Assembly: GCF_030144855.1 (NCBI RefSeq)
Contig: NC_082714.1
Coordinates: 20,212,001-20,276,000 of the forward strand
Source: Hypanus sabinus
Lineage: Eukaryota
Direction: 5' to 3'
Length of the DNA stretch: 64,000 bases
The stretch's first letter is position 1. Every line of letters begins with the position of its first letter. Positions 24,547 to 37,213 of the stretch are shown here, one piece after another. The notes below the pieces were generated by a model that did no database searches, was not told the DNA's origin, and saw only the letters and a list, made by a program, of their open reading frames with translations. A program made the position numbers and the translations under genes.

Positions 24547-25290
24547 ATTTATTTATTAGGGTAGAATGCAGAATAGGTCCTTCCAACCCCTTGAGCATCA
24601 CCCAGCAACGCCCCCAATTCTAATCATAGCTTGACCTGTGGTTAAGAAGGCGTACGGTGCATTGGCCTTATTAATCGTGAGATTGAATTTAGGTGCCAAG
24701 AGGAAATGTTGCACCTATATAGGACCCTGGTCAGAACCCATTTGGAGTACTGTGTTCTGCTCAGTTCTGGTTTGCTCACTACAGGAAGAATGTGGAAGCC
24801 ATAGAAGGGGTGCAGAGATTTACAAAGATGTTGTCTGCATTGGGGAGCATGCCTTGTGAAAACAGGTTGAGTGAACTCGGCCTTTTCTCCTTGGAGCAAC
24901 GGAGGATGAGAGGTGACCTGATAGAGGTGTACAAGATGATGAGAGGCAAGATGATAAGTTTTTTACTCAGAGTGGTGAGTGCGTGGAATGGGCTGCCGGC
25001 AATGGTGGTGGAGGCGGATACGATTGGGTCTTTTTAAGAGACTCCTGGAGACATGGAGCTTAGGAAATTAGAGGGCTATAGGTAAACCTAGTAATTTCTA
25101 AGGTAAGGACATGTTCGGCACAACTTTGCGGGCCGAAGGACCTGTGTTGTGCTGTATGTTTTCTATGTTTCTAATCACGGGACAATTAACAAAGGCCAAT
25201 TAACCTACCAACCGGAGCACCTGGAGGAAATCCACACAGTTACAGGGAGAATGTACAAACTCCTACAGGTAGCGGTGCAAATTGAACCAC
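24547..25290 (-). mobile_element. HE1-type tRNA SINE interrupted by CR1 (24630-25172)
   Basis: The two parts join to match 28607-28885 (ctaatcac.ggacaa...ccaattaacctac...cacctggaggaaa...gaatgtacaaact). Confidence 0.75.
24630..25172 (+). mobile_element. CR1 3' region, same subfamily as 969-1710, with a small internal deletion near 24950
   Basis: VKKAYGALA, RMRGDLIEVYKMMRG, and the tail tatgttttctatgtttct. Confidence 0.92.
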
Positions 25291-26249
25291 TAACCACTCC
25301 ATATACCTACCCTGATAATAAATTTACTTTGAATTTTTAAGTTTGAACTTTCAGTTATGATTAAACAGGGGTCTGGATACAATACTGCTCTAATCTTCTG
25401 TCACATAACTCAAGCCATGCCTTCGCATTGACTTTCTTGTTTATTCTTGCCTGTAATCACTTCCCATCTCCCAGCAAAACAAAATGAGTTTGGAGCCCTT
25501 AAGAGATTTATTTATTCTTTATTCTCATAGCAGAATCCTTTAAGCATTACTATTTATTCTTTAGTGTAATGGCCCATTTTGTTGAGATTACATTCCTTCA
25601 AATTTCAGTCGTAGCCCTTCAAAATCTACACACCTGCAAGTGTTATGGCCCCTCTGAGCCAAATCCCTGTTCAATCAGGAGTGGCTCAGGGATAAAGTTT
25701 AAATTAGATCCATGTAACAGATTTAGCCCAGATGCCACGAGGCCAGCTCTATCCTTGGCTGGCAGACTCCCTCAAAGAGCAGATCTGGCAGGATGCCTTA
25801 TCAGATTTGCTGATTCGGAATGAGATATCTAACATGAGAGAGGAGAAGGTCTCTGTAGTCTGCTTGGCTGTCATCTGTCACTCAGTAGTCCTCTCGAAGC
25901 ACACAACCTATTCATCTCTGTAAAGTCCAGTGCTCAAATTACAAGTGTAAAATACTGCTCCAGACTGCTTGCAAATGGATTAATAATCTATGACTCCAAA
26001 GTGGCTCCAGTCCATATGATACATGAAATATCCTTGACAGGAAAGAGGCATGCTCAATTTGTGTACCAGCCCTCTAATAACCATCTGTCCTTCAACTTGT
26101 GAAAATTATCTGCAATACTGAAGTAATGCTTAAAGGGTTCTGCTCTGGGGCAGCTCAGTAATAAGTTGGAAACAGCAGCAACCAGACCAGTATTATATCC
26201 TTTTGTGATTTTCACTATGTACTTGATGGGTGTAATGTCCTACATGGCA

Positions 26250-26797
26250 GTCTGTGGCCTTCTCTACTGCCACAGTGAGGTCACTTTCAGGTTGTGGGAA
26301 CAACAGCTCATATTCTGTTTGGATAGCCTTCAACCTGATAGCATGAACATTGATTTTTCCAGTTTACAGTAATTTCTCCCTCTCCTCTCTTTCCTCTTCC
26401 ATTCCCTATTCTGGCTTCCCTCTTTCCTCTTCTCTTCCCCTCACCTACCTATCACCCCCCCCCTCTTCCACACCCCTTTCTCCCCTGGTCCACTCTCCTC
26501 TTCCATCAGATTCCTCCTTCTTCAGCCCTTAACTTTTCCTCCTAACACCTCTCAGCTTCTCACTTCATCACCACCCCCACCCACCAACCTTCCCTCTCAC
26601 TTGGCTTCACCTACCACCTTCTAAGCTTGAACTCCTTCCCCTCCCCTACCTTCTTATTCTGGCACCTTTCCCCTTAATTTCCAGTCCTGAAGAAGGGGCT
26701 CAGCACAAAACATTGACTCTTTATTCCTCTCCATGGTTGCTGTCTGACCTGCTGAATTGCTCCAGCATTTTATGTGAGTTACTCTGGATTTCCAGCA
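26250..26797 (+). mobile_element. Penelope-like (Neptune) 3' fragment with pyrimidine-rich UTR and dead hammerhead (26682-26718)
   Basis: GLLYCH...EQQLIFCLDSLQPDSMNIDFS is the C-terminus of the GIY-YIG region. Terminal repeat as at 59634-59765. Confidence 0.85.
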
Positions 26798-27259
26798 AGT
26801 TTATTTTATGGGTGATCTGCATTTCTACTATTGCTTCCTTAAAAAAATAAGGCCATAGGTTTTTCTACATCCTGGAGAGATTCCTGGAGAGTGTCATCAT
26901 CATTACTGTCTTCATCCTTGAGAATCCTTATGAGCAAACTGCATTTTATATGTTTTCCTTTCAGCACCGAACTGAAGAATACACACAACATGGTTCCAAT
27001 GCTGAAGTGTGTTTCTGGTCACTTGGGTGCTAAACATGACCATGAACAGAAGATGACACTGGTCATGAACTCTTCAACAAGACAAAGCTTCAAATAGATT
27101 GCCATCATCATCTTGACTTCAAAATCTGAACACACCATCATAAGTCTGCAGTTCCAAAAGCTATTCAACCAAACTAAGAACATGATCATTGTAAACACTT
27201 GAATAGAATGCTAATCTAACTGGCTTTATCCACAAACTCTAGAAATTTACTGCACCTCC

Positions 27260-28250
27260 TAAGAATATAAGAAATGGGCAGGAAAGCCAATCAGCCCCTC
27301 CTGTCTGTTCTGCCACAAGAAGATCATGGCCTATCATTCACCTCTGAGCCATTATATTGCCTCTAATCCCTCAATCTCTTTAATATCAAAAAACCCACCT
27401 ATACTTCTCTTGCTGTCCTCTTGGGTAGAGTATTCCAAAGGTTCACAACCCTCTGGATAAGGGAGTTCCCCTTCAGCTCTCTCCTGAATGGCCAGTACTG
27501 TTACAGTACTTCATTTGAGACTATGACTCTGGTTCTAAAGATCTCAACTCTGCCTCTATCTTGTCAACTCAATAGCTTCTCGTTTCTCTAAATTCTAAAG
27601 CATTTAGGTCAATTTTCTCAGTCGGTCATCATAGGAAAATCCCTTGATCAGTTACTGCACTCCCCCTATCCAAACTTGGGTAGGGAAACCAGACCTGCAT
27701 CCAATAATCCAGACGCCATGTCACCAGCACCCGATATAATCAGAGCAAGGCATTCTACGTTGTTTTACTCAAATCCTCTCGCAGTAAAGGTTAACATGCT
27801 ATTTGTTTTCCTAACTGCTTATTATTCATAAAAAGGCAACTGTCACTGATTTGTATATACTAGCTACCTCCCTCTCCACTCTCAGGCTTAATGCACTAAT
27901 AGTTTGTCCCCCTCACCACCCCCCAACCACAAATACTGCTCAACCTACTGAGATCCTCCAGCAGGTTGTTGCTCTGAGTATAAAGACACTCACTCAGATT
28001 CTTCTGATGAGCTGCACCTTTCTTTCTTCTACCAGAAGCTATGAGCTCACGTTTTTCTACATCACATTTCTTCTGCCAGGTCTCTGCCCATTAATTTATT
28101 TTTTCTTCATCCACTGAAGCCTCCCTGTTCACTTCAATACAGCCCACACGACCACCTAGCTAAGGCTATCATCAGCAAACCTGCACATATCACTCTTCTC
28201 ATCCAAATCACTGATACAGATTGTGGACAACTGCGTCCACTGCATCAGCC
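27260..28250 (-). mobile_element. Old CR1, fragmented
   Basis: aagaatataagaaat tail, ttccaaaggttcacaaccctctgg, and tactcaaatcctctcgcagtaaagg. Confidence 0.65.
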
Positions 28251-28374
28251 ATGGCAGCTCTCGTTTGTCCATTGGTGGTTCTCACCCTCTGCATGCCACC
28301 TTGGCTGAACAGAGGTGCACTTTAGCAATAGACTAAGACAATTTCACTGCTTCAAAAAGTGCTATATGGGGACA

Positions 28375-28575
28375 TTGTTACCTTCGGCCATTAGGCTCTA
28401 TTTTGAGTCAACCTATAGCTGGAGAAGTGATGTCCCCCTCCTGTATACTGTTTGAGGCAACTTATTTTTTATTCTTTCTCACTTCTCTTCTAATATTTGT
28501 ATCTCTGTGCACTTTTAATGCTACTGTGACACTGCAATGTCCTTTGGGATTAATAAAGAATCTATCTGCCTATCT
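28375..28575 (+). mobile_element. Rex1-type 3' tail
   Basis: ccttcggccattaggctctat...cctttgggattaataaag(atct)n, comparable to 58310-58347. Confidence 0.55.
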
Positions 28576-28606
28576 AGCCACCCAACACAGAACTGTCCGA
28601 TCATAC

Positions 28607-28885
28607 TTATTTATTTATTCAGAGATATAGTGCAGAACAGGCTCTTCTGACCCAACGAGCCACATCACCAAGTAATCCTCCTATTTAACCCTAGCCTAAT
28701 CACAGGACAAGTTACACTGACCAATTAACCTACTAACTGGTATGTCTTTAGACTGTAGGAGGAAGCTGGATCACCTGGAGGAAACCCATGTTCACGTGGG
28801 AAGAATGTACAAACTTTCTTACACAGGATGCCAGAATTGAACTCCAAACTTCGATGGCCCCAGCTGTCAGTGCCATGCTAACCAC
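28607..28885 (-). mobile_element. HE1-type tRNA SINE
   Basis: Minus strand has A-box tagtggttagc and B-box gagttcaattct, the body gagtttgtacattct...gggtttcctccagg, and a CR1-like tail with (TAAA)n. Confidence 0.85.
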
Positions 28886-28904
28886 TACATTCCTGTGATG
28901 CCCT

Positions 28905-29247
28905 GTGTTTTATTCTTGAGTTTTAAATGTTCACGGGCCTGCGAACCTGCAAGTCTGCTAGGGATATCGAAGGCCCAATGTCTCCGAATCCACAAGTCCA
29001 CTGGAGGGTGGAGGCCCAAAGATGAGCCTGAGCCTGTCCTGATTGCCCGTGTGTGTGGGTAGAAGAGAGAGAGGCTTGGTCTGCTGTTGTTCTGATATGC
29101 CTGTTGCTTGTGTTGTTCTGCAAGCATGAAGTGTGTGGGGACTCTTGTGGGCTGCCCCCCACACATTTATAGGTTGTGTTAGTTGTTAATGCAAACAGCA
29201 CATTTCATTGTAGTTTCAGTGGACATGTGATAAATAAATGAATGAAT
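28905..29247 (+). mobile_element. Non-coding interspersed repeat, copy 2 of 3
   Basis: The 3' part matches 10150-10338. Confidence 0.6.
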
Positions 29248-29259
29248 TAGAATCCGACG

Positions 29260-29760
29260 CAGAACTTTCTGTCCATTAACTTACACACAATCCACATCAG
29301 TATATAGTCTGCAACAGAATGTAGTTGAACTTTACTTAAAAATCTCAGTGTGGCACCCCGATCAAATACCTTTTGAAAATCCAGATACATCACATCAGCT
29401 AATTTGCCTTTATTTACTTTGCTGGTAACAAACATAACCAAAATAATCTCCCTCTTGTAAATCCATATTGACTCTGCTCAATCCTATTATGTACCCAATT
29501 CCCTGTTATCACTTCTTTAATAAAAAGGCTTCAGCATTCTCCCTTCTTCTGATGTCAGGCTAACCTCTCTATTGTTTCCTTTAATTCTCTCTCGCTCTTT
29601 TCTTAGAAAGTGGATTCACATTTGCTATCTTGTAATCTGTGAGGTACTTCAGTGTAAGTAGAATATTAATAGCCATCTCCTTCAAAATGTTATATAAAAA
29701 TGATCCTGAAGACCTGGGGATTTAACTCTTTCAGTTCTATCCACTGATCTAATACCTATT
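29260..29760 (-). mobile_element. Old CR1 RT fragment
   Basis: DVMYLDFQKVFDR in ORF 29247-29441. Confidence 0.7.
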
Positions 29761-29855
29761 TTTTACTAGTGCTTATTCCTTTAAGCTTCATTCACTCTGA
29801 ACTAGTATTCTAAGGATATGTTCTGTGTGTCCGTCATCTGAGAAGATTGTCAATG

Positions 29856-30040
29856 TTCAAAAAGTCCAAAGTCAATTTATTATCAAAGTACATATGTGTC
29901 ACCATATATGACCTTGAAATTCATTTTCTTTTGGGCATTCACAATAGAACAAAGAAATACAAAAGAATCAATGGAAAACTACACACAAAGACTGACAAAC
30001 AACCAATGTGCAAGACAAACCTTGCAAAAACAGAAATAAA
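29856..30040 (-). mobile_element. Rex1-type 3' UTR
   Basis: Reverse complement of the (ACTTTGA)n-tail family. Confidence 0.75.
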
Positions 30041-30126
30041 TAAATAAATAAATAACCAAACAAACAAACAAACAAATAAATAAAAAAATAGATAGATAGA
30101 TACACAGACAGACAGATAGATAGATA
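30035..30126. repeat. Compound tetranucleotide microsatellite (AAAT)n(AAAC)n(ATAG)n(ACAG)n
   Basis: Read directly from the sequence. Confidence 0.95.
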
Positions 30127-31241
30127 CACCATAATAATTAGGCCATCTGGACCATCGAGTCTGCTCCGCCATTCAATCGTGGCTGATCCTTTTTTCTTTC
30201 TCCTCTTCAACCCCAGTTCCCGGCCTTGTCCCCATAACCTTTGATGCCACGTCCAGTCAAGAATCTATCAATCTCTGCCTTAAATAGATCCAATGACTTG
30301 GCCTCCACAGCCGTCTGTGGCAACAAATTCCACAAATTCACCACCCTCTGGCTAAAGAAATTTCTCTGCATCTCTGTTTTGAAAGGGCACCCCTCTATCC
30401 TGAGGCTGTGCCCTCGTCCTAGACTCTCCCACCATGGGAAACATCCTTTCCATATCTACTCTGTCTAGGCCTTTCAATGTTCGAAAGGTTTCAATGAGAT
30501 CGCCCCTCATACTTCTGAATTCCAGCGAGTGCAGCCCCAGACCCATCAAACACTCCTCATATGATAACCTTTTCACTCCTGAAGTCATCCATGTGAACCT
30601 CCTCTGAACCCTCTCCAGTGCCAGCACATCCTTTCTTAGAAAAGGAGCCCAAAATTGCTCACAATACTCAAGGTCAGGCCTCACCAGTGCCTTATACAGC
30701 CTTTGCATTACATCCTTGTTTTTATATTCTAGTCTTCTCAAAATGAATGATAACATTGCATTTACCTTCTTCACCACCGACTCAACCTATACAAGGATTC
30801 TCAAGTCCCTTTGCACCTTGGATTTTTGTATTTTCTGCCTGTTTAGAAAATAGTCTAACATTTTGCTCCTTTCACCAAAGTGCAAAGTGGATATATTTCC
30901 TGACACTGTATTACACCTGCCAATTCTTTGCCCATTCTTCTAATCTGTCTAAGTTCTATTGCAGCCTCCCTGTTTCTGCAACACTAGCTGCCCCTCCACC
31001 TATCTTCGTATCACCTGCAAAGCCATCAATTCTGTCATCCAAATCATTGACATATAATATAAAAAGAACCAGACCCAACACTGATCTTTGCAGAACGCCA
31101 CTAGTCACGAGCAGCCAACCAGAAAAGGTTCCCTTTATTCCATTCTTTGCCTCCTGCCAATCAATCAATCCTCTATCCATGCTAGTATCTTTCCTGTAAC
31201 ACCATCAGCTCTTTTCTTGTTAAACAGCTTCATGTACACTA

Positions 31242-33005
31242 CCGTAGATTCCGGACTACAGAGCGCACCTGATTAAAAGCCGCACGCTCTAATTTTAGAA
31301 AGAAAATCAATTTTGTACTTGTACAAGCCGCACCGAATTTTAAGCCGCAGGTGTCCCACGTTGTAATATGAGATATTTACACAGAAAGATATTACACGTG
31401 AGGATTTTTTAACTTTTAATTAAATCTGTATGGTAACATAAACAAATACATATTGCAAATGCTTTTTTCGAACAGTGCCTGTAACACAGCTACTTTTAAA
31501 TATACATACGTATCGGTAACACACAAATTACGTTGCGTATACTTTTTTACTGAACAGTGCACGAACAACATTCCAATATCTCCTAACGACTGGTAAAAAA
31601 AATATATATACTGCAGCCTACCAGGAAAAGTTATTGATCGCCTTCTTCATCTTCCTCCTGCGCACTAAAACCATCAAAGTCCTCTTCTTCAGTGTCCGAA
31701 TTGAACAACCTCAGGATCTCGTCACTCACTTCAGTCTCTTCGTTGTCGCTCTCACTTGAGCGCACGCGGTCCTCTTCATCACGCAGCAGTCCAGCCTTTC
31801 GAAACCCGCTGATGATGGTGGATGTTGTGACACGGCTCCACGCATTTAGGATCCACTGGCAGACTTGAGTTAAAGATGCTCTTCGCATGCGTCCTGTTTT
31901 GGTAAAGGATTTCACGCCGCTCGTCATCCAAGCCTCCCACTCAACGCGAAGCGCCACTTTAAATGCCCGGTTCACGCTGATGTCCAGTGGCTGCAAATAC
32001 TTCGTGGTGCCCCCAGGAATCACAGCTGGAATTGAGTTTGTACTCTTGATGACAGCTTTCACTGAACTTTCATTGTCAGCTGCTTAAAAATCACCATCGG
32101 TGGAAGCTTTAGTCCGGATGCTGTGCAGCTCAGAACACAAGTAAAATGCGTTCTCTCATGGCCACTTGTTTTCAGTGTGATGGACGAGTCACCTTTTTTA
32201 TTAACAGTCCGAGTGAGAGGCAGGTCAAACGTCAAAGGCACTTCATCCATATTTATGATATCATCTGGCCCGATGGAATTCTCCGCTATCTTTGTTTGAG
32301 TGAATGTGCGGAAGTTAGCAAGTTTTTCCTCGTGGTTGGGAGGGAGCTGCTGACACAGAGTCGTGCGTACCCTGACGTACAGGCCTTTCCGTCTCATAAG
32401 TCTAAAACACCACGATGGCCCACCTCTAAAATCTTCGATTTTCATTTTGGTGGCGATTGCTTTAGCCTTCAGTCTGATCTGCACGGTGGAAACACCGCGG
32501 CCGCCTGCTCTCTGTGTGTTAACCCAGTCTTCAAGAAAGTTTTCAAGTTCGGGCCATCTGCTATGATTACCTCTGAAAGCTTTTGTCGTCTTTTTGCATT
32601 GACTCAGTTCTTCACGCTGGCGTCTCCACCGTCTCAACATCGATTCATTTATGCCAAGATTATGTGCAGCAGCTCGATTTCCTTCTTCAACCGCCAGATT
32701 GATCGCCTTTAACTTAAAAGCTGCATCATATGCTTTTCTTCGAGTGTTTTCCATGTTGATGAGGGTGAGTACAAATGACTGATTTACAATAATTTAATTG
32801 TGAAAGTGCGCTTGATTTATCGTGCAATTTCATTGGACCTCTGTGAACTACTCATCAATTTTATTGGTCTACTGTTACGAGGCGAAATGTTTTTGGCGGC
32901 ATGAAAAAAAAACATGCATTAGCGGCACCGTAGCATAGGTCGCAGTGTTGCCGCAGTGTTCAAAGCGTGGGAAAAAAGTAGCGGCTTATAGTCCGGAATT
33001 TACGG
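31242..33005 (-). mobile_element. pogo-superfamily (Tc2/POGK-related, Passer-like) DNA transposon, 1764 bp
   Basis: TA TSD at 31240-31241 and 33006-33007. TIRs CCGTAGATTCCGGACTACA / CCGTAAATTCCGGACTATA (17/19 identical). Transposase ORFs inside. Confidence 0.95.
31631..32754 (-). pseudogene. pogo-type transposase (Brinker-like DNA-binding domain, CENP-B HTH, DDE_1), broken by a frameshifting deletion at about 32065
   Basis: RRKAYDAAFKLKAI...RRWRR; FRGGPSWCFRLMRRKGL; first Asp in IINMDEVP; last Asp in LQPLDISVN; acidic C-terminal tail. The segment with the KGW motif and the middle Asp is missing. Confidence 0.9.
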
Positions 33006-34589
33006 TACCTTGTCAAAAGCCTTCTGAAATCCAAGTACATCTACTGATTCTCCTTTGTTTATCCTGCTTGTTATTTCCTCAAAGAATTCCAACAGATTTG
33101 TCAGGCAAGAATTTCCCTGAAAGAAACCATGCTGACTTGGCCAATTTTATCACGTGCCTCGAAGTACTCTGAAATCACATCCTTAACAATTGACTCCAAC
33201 ATCCTCCCAACCACTGAGGTCAGGCTAACTAGCCTATAATTTCCTTTCTCCTGCCTCCCTTCCCTCTTGAAGAGTGAAGTGATATTTGCAATTTTCCACT
33301 CCTCCAGAACCATCCCACAATCAAGTGATTCTTAAAAGATCATTGCTATTGCCTCCTTAATCTCTTCAGCCACCTCTTTCAAAACCCTGAAGTGCAGTCC
33401 ATCTGGTCCAGGTGATTTATCTACCTTCAGACCTTTCAGTTTCCCAAACACCTCCTCCCTGATAACAGCAACTGCACTCACTTCTGCCCCAACACTTCTG
33501 AACTTCCAGCATGAAGTTCCACAGTAAAGATGGATGCAAAATGCATATTTTGTTTGTCCGCCATGTTCGCCACCACTTCCGTGACTTCCATTATTACCTC
33601 TCCAGCATCATTTTCTAGTGGTTGAATATACTCTCTTAGTTGTCTTTTACTCTTCATATATCTCTAAATATATCTCTCTGATATTATTGGCTTGCTTACC
33701 TTCATATTTCATCTTTTCCTTCCTTATGGGTTTTCAGTTGCTTTCTGAAGTAAAAGTTTCCCAATCCTCTAACTTCCTATTAATTTTTGCATTATTATAT
33801 ACACTCTCTTTTACTTTTATGCTGCATCTGACTTCCCTTGTCATCCATGGTTGCATCAACCTGCCTTTAGAATACCTCATCTTCTTTGGGATGTATCTAT
33901 CCTATGCCTTCCGAATTTCTTCCAGAAACTTCTGCCATCATTCCTGCAAGTGTCTGCTTCTAACCAGCTTGGGCCAGCTCCCCTCTCATGCCTCTATAAT
34001 TCCCTTTACTCCACTGTAACACTAATACACTTTAGCTTCTCCCTCTCAAATTGCAAGGTGAAGTCTATCATATTATGATCATTGGTTCCTAAGAGTTCCT
34101 TTACCTTAAGCTTCCTAATCAAATCTGATTCATTGCACAACTCCCAATACAGAATATCCTTTCCCATAGTAGGTTCAACCATTTTCTTTGAAAATTTTCC
34201 ACAATTCTATAGCAATGATGTTTCTATACTGTACCTACATTTACCAAGTGAAAGAATTTGCATGTCAAAAATGACTGCATTCTATAGAGAAAGCCGTCAG
34301 ACTCCTGTAGTAATTGTGTTCCAAATACAGAACTTCATAAAAGCTTTCAACAAAAAGTAGCTCTATAAATATTTCAAAGTGATCACTGACAAAAATAGTT
34401 ACTGCTTTCCCTTGGCTTTGGGAGAAAAGATATTTTACTGGCTTATTCTGAAAGCAGAAAGCAGACAATTATAACAACAATATTTCTATATGTTTTGAAG
34501 AAAACATTGCAAAGGTCATAAATATGAACAATTACTCTGAGATAGTGTTCTTTTCAATTTAGTTCTGGAAAGTCATCAATCATTTCCAT

Positions 34590-34875
34590 ATCAGTGCCAC
34601 GGTGAGATGGTAGGTTCAAGACCCACATAAAGTTTGCTATGCTGTTGGATATCCTGTGTATCAGAATGAGGTCCATCTACCTTGTCATGTATTTATAATA
34701 CATATGATAATAATTTTGAAAATACAAGGAGATGAGATTTTTTCCTGATGAAGGATTTATCATTCATAATTTGATTGGTACAGGTATAAATTATTCAGTC
34801 ACTGCCATGTTATTATCATCAGAGCTTCTTATGGGCAAATTGGCCACTGTACTTTCTACACTGCAACAGTCATAG
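34590..34875 (+). mobile_element. Highly decayed Deu-domain SINE
   Basis: B-box-like ggttcaagaccc, and caaattggccactgtactttctacactgcaacagt. Confidence 0.4.
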
Positions 34876-35294
34876 AAGAGATGTATTAAAAAAAAGCTTT
34901 TATTCATTTATTGCTATGATTACTCTTGATTGTTATTTATTCTTGAATTTTGGTTATTAACTGGAATTTCACATCATATCTGAACATTGCCATTCAGCAA
35001 AAAAAACATTTTGGTTTATTTTGAAATAATACAGGAATACTCAATGAAGAAGCTGTACAAGGGAGAAAATAAAAACATATACTCTACCAGTGGTTGGAAA
35101 TCATTTCCTCATCTCATCTGCAGAACTAACTAGAATCAAGAAAGACCCTGTTCTGAGGAAGTGTCTGAAATCATATTAAGTGAGTACGCAGATTCAGACT
35201 TGGGTCTGAATGAACACAGGTAAGTATTTCATCGCAAACACGATAAACTGTCCATCAACCACAGCTGTCAAAAGTGGGGGACACAGAATTATGA

Positions 35295-35705
35295 CAGACT
35301 CATAGAGTTTCACAGCCCAACTCATCCATGCCAAGTATCTCATCCATACCTGAGATAGTCCCATTTGCCTGTGTATTGCACGTATACCTCTAAATGTGCA
35401 CTAAATCCAATATTCTATTTTGGATTTATTGAGCATGCCCACAGAAAGTGAATCTCAGGGTTGTATATGGTGACATATATGTACTTTGATAAAAAATACT
35501 TTGAACTTTAAACTTTTCCTGTCCCTCTAAAGATCTTTAAAAATATGCAATTGTACCTCCTCTGCTACTTCCTTTGCCAACTCCTTACATACACACACCA
35601 CCCTCTGAGTGAAAAACTGGCCCCTTGGGTCACCTTTAAATCTTTCCCCTCTCACCTTAAACCTATGACTTCTAGCTTTGAACTCCCCTATCCTGGGCAA
35701 AAGCC
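35295..35705 (-). mobile_element. CR1 3' end with a plus-strand Rex1-type tail nested at about 35410-35510
   Basis: caccaccctctgagtgaaaaa...ctctcaccttaaacctatg (CR1), and gaatctcagggttgtatatggtgacatatatgtactttgat (Rex tail). Confidence 0.75.
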
Positions 35706-37089
35706 ATCATAAAAAATCACTGAGGAAAATAATGGAGAAGATACTTTGAAAGGTATAATAACTATGAAGGCAGTGGCTAAATAAACTATTTATTGAATAG
35801 ACATAATCAACAATGTAGGATGTCTTGCCTACTGATGTACAATATGTTACAATCATAACTTATGAACTTCAAGCGCAAGTCCATTCCACCAAATCCAGAT
35901 TTCCAGATTTCCTCAGCAACTTGTGTGTGTTAGAATAAAGCAGTCCTTTATTTCTTATCGATGGGAAAGCAGAAAGGTTAGTTTGCACAGCAATAGGAGA
36001 TATGGGTTATGGAATGTCATTCAAATTTCACTATGTAACATAGACTTGCAGCATTTCTCCTAATCTGTAGGACAAATGAACAGTCTACAACAGGATATAC
36101 TATTGTTGAAATATTAATGAATAGAAGAATCAAAGCCCTGTGAAGTTTCATCCAACCTGGTTTGGAAGGAAACTTGAAGGACAGTCAATAAAAAGACCAA
36201 AAACAATATGAGACAAGTTGCAAGTTCCATATACATCAGACTTCACGTATGAAGATCTCTCCACAGAATGGAGATGAAAAGAAGGGATTATGAACAAATA
36301 GTAGTGATATACTGGCCTAGAAAATATCATGCAGGTTTGAGAGAAATCCTGTGAAGTATATGTCCTCCACTTAATAATAGTGGATCTCAACAGAATAGCA
36401 AAGTGGAATAAAAATTTACATTTTTTTCTGAAGTAGGTTCAATATTGTTCAAGTGGAGGCAGTATTTATATTGCTGAGGTCCAAGATGAATGTAACTCCA
36501 ACAATATCTGATGAAACTACAACTTATACACAAGTAAAGCTGACATCTTTATGTAGATTACCAAACATGCAGAAAGCAAGGACCCGGCTAAGTTTGGAAT
36601 TATGCAAAACTGGTTTAGATGTTCTTATTCTTACAGATAGTGAGTAAAGTGCGGACTGCTTAATATTGGTTGAGAACAAAGATTGTTAGTTTATGGTTAC
36701 CCCTTTAAGGAGTTTGTCTTGTGATGAGCTAATCTTTAAATTGCAATCATTTTGTAAGAATTATCAGTCAATGAAGGGCCCTGAATATACAAGCATGTTT
36801 GAGCACTTCATGTGTCAAATGTATAACCCTCTATCTCTGCAATATACTTCATTAGAAATTAAGAACCCATTGAGCACACATACAATATATTACAATATAC
36901 ATAATATTAAAGGTATGTTTGAGCCATCTTGGTAGTGGATATGTGCGGAACACATTGACTCCAGCAATGAAGCACTTGTCTCTGAGAAAAATGTGCATAT
37001 TCCATTAATGCATAAGAACATAGTTCTAATAAAATATTTATTACAAGTTCATAATTTGAAGAAATAAAATTGTTGCAATAAAGTACTTA

Positions 37090-37213
37090 GTGTTTAGTAA
37101 AAAATGGAGGGCTATGTGGGAGGGAAGAGTTAGATTGATCTTGAGTGGGTTAAAAGGTCAGCACAACATGAGGGCCAATTTGCCTGTACTGTGCAGTACT
37201 GGTCTATGTTCTG
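37090..37213 (+). mobile_element. CR1 extreme 3' end
   Basis: ggtcagcacaacatgagggcc...cctgtactgtgc...tctatgttct, similar to 61915-61978. Confidence 0.75.

Larger units (their letters stand above)
30127..34180 (-). mobile_element. CR1 LINE (30127-31241 plus 33006-34180) interrupted by the pogo element
   Basis: LYKALVRPDLEYCEQFWAP, SGVLQRSVLG and NYRLVSLTSVVG. The KAFDKV..H motif is split exactly at the pogo TA site. Confidence 0.93.

Noticed and set aside
26890-27210. Plus-strand acceptor-like tttcctttcag followed by a short open frame
   Set aside because: No convincing donor or homology, so an antisense exon cannot be supported.
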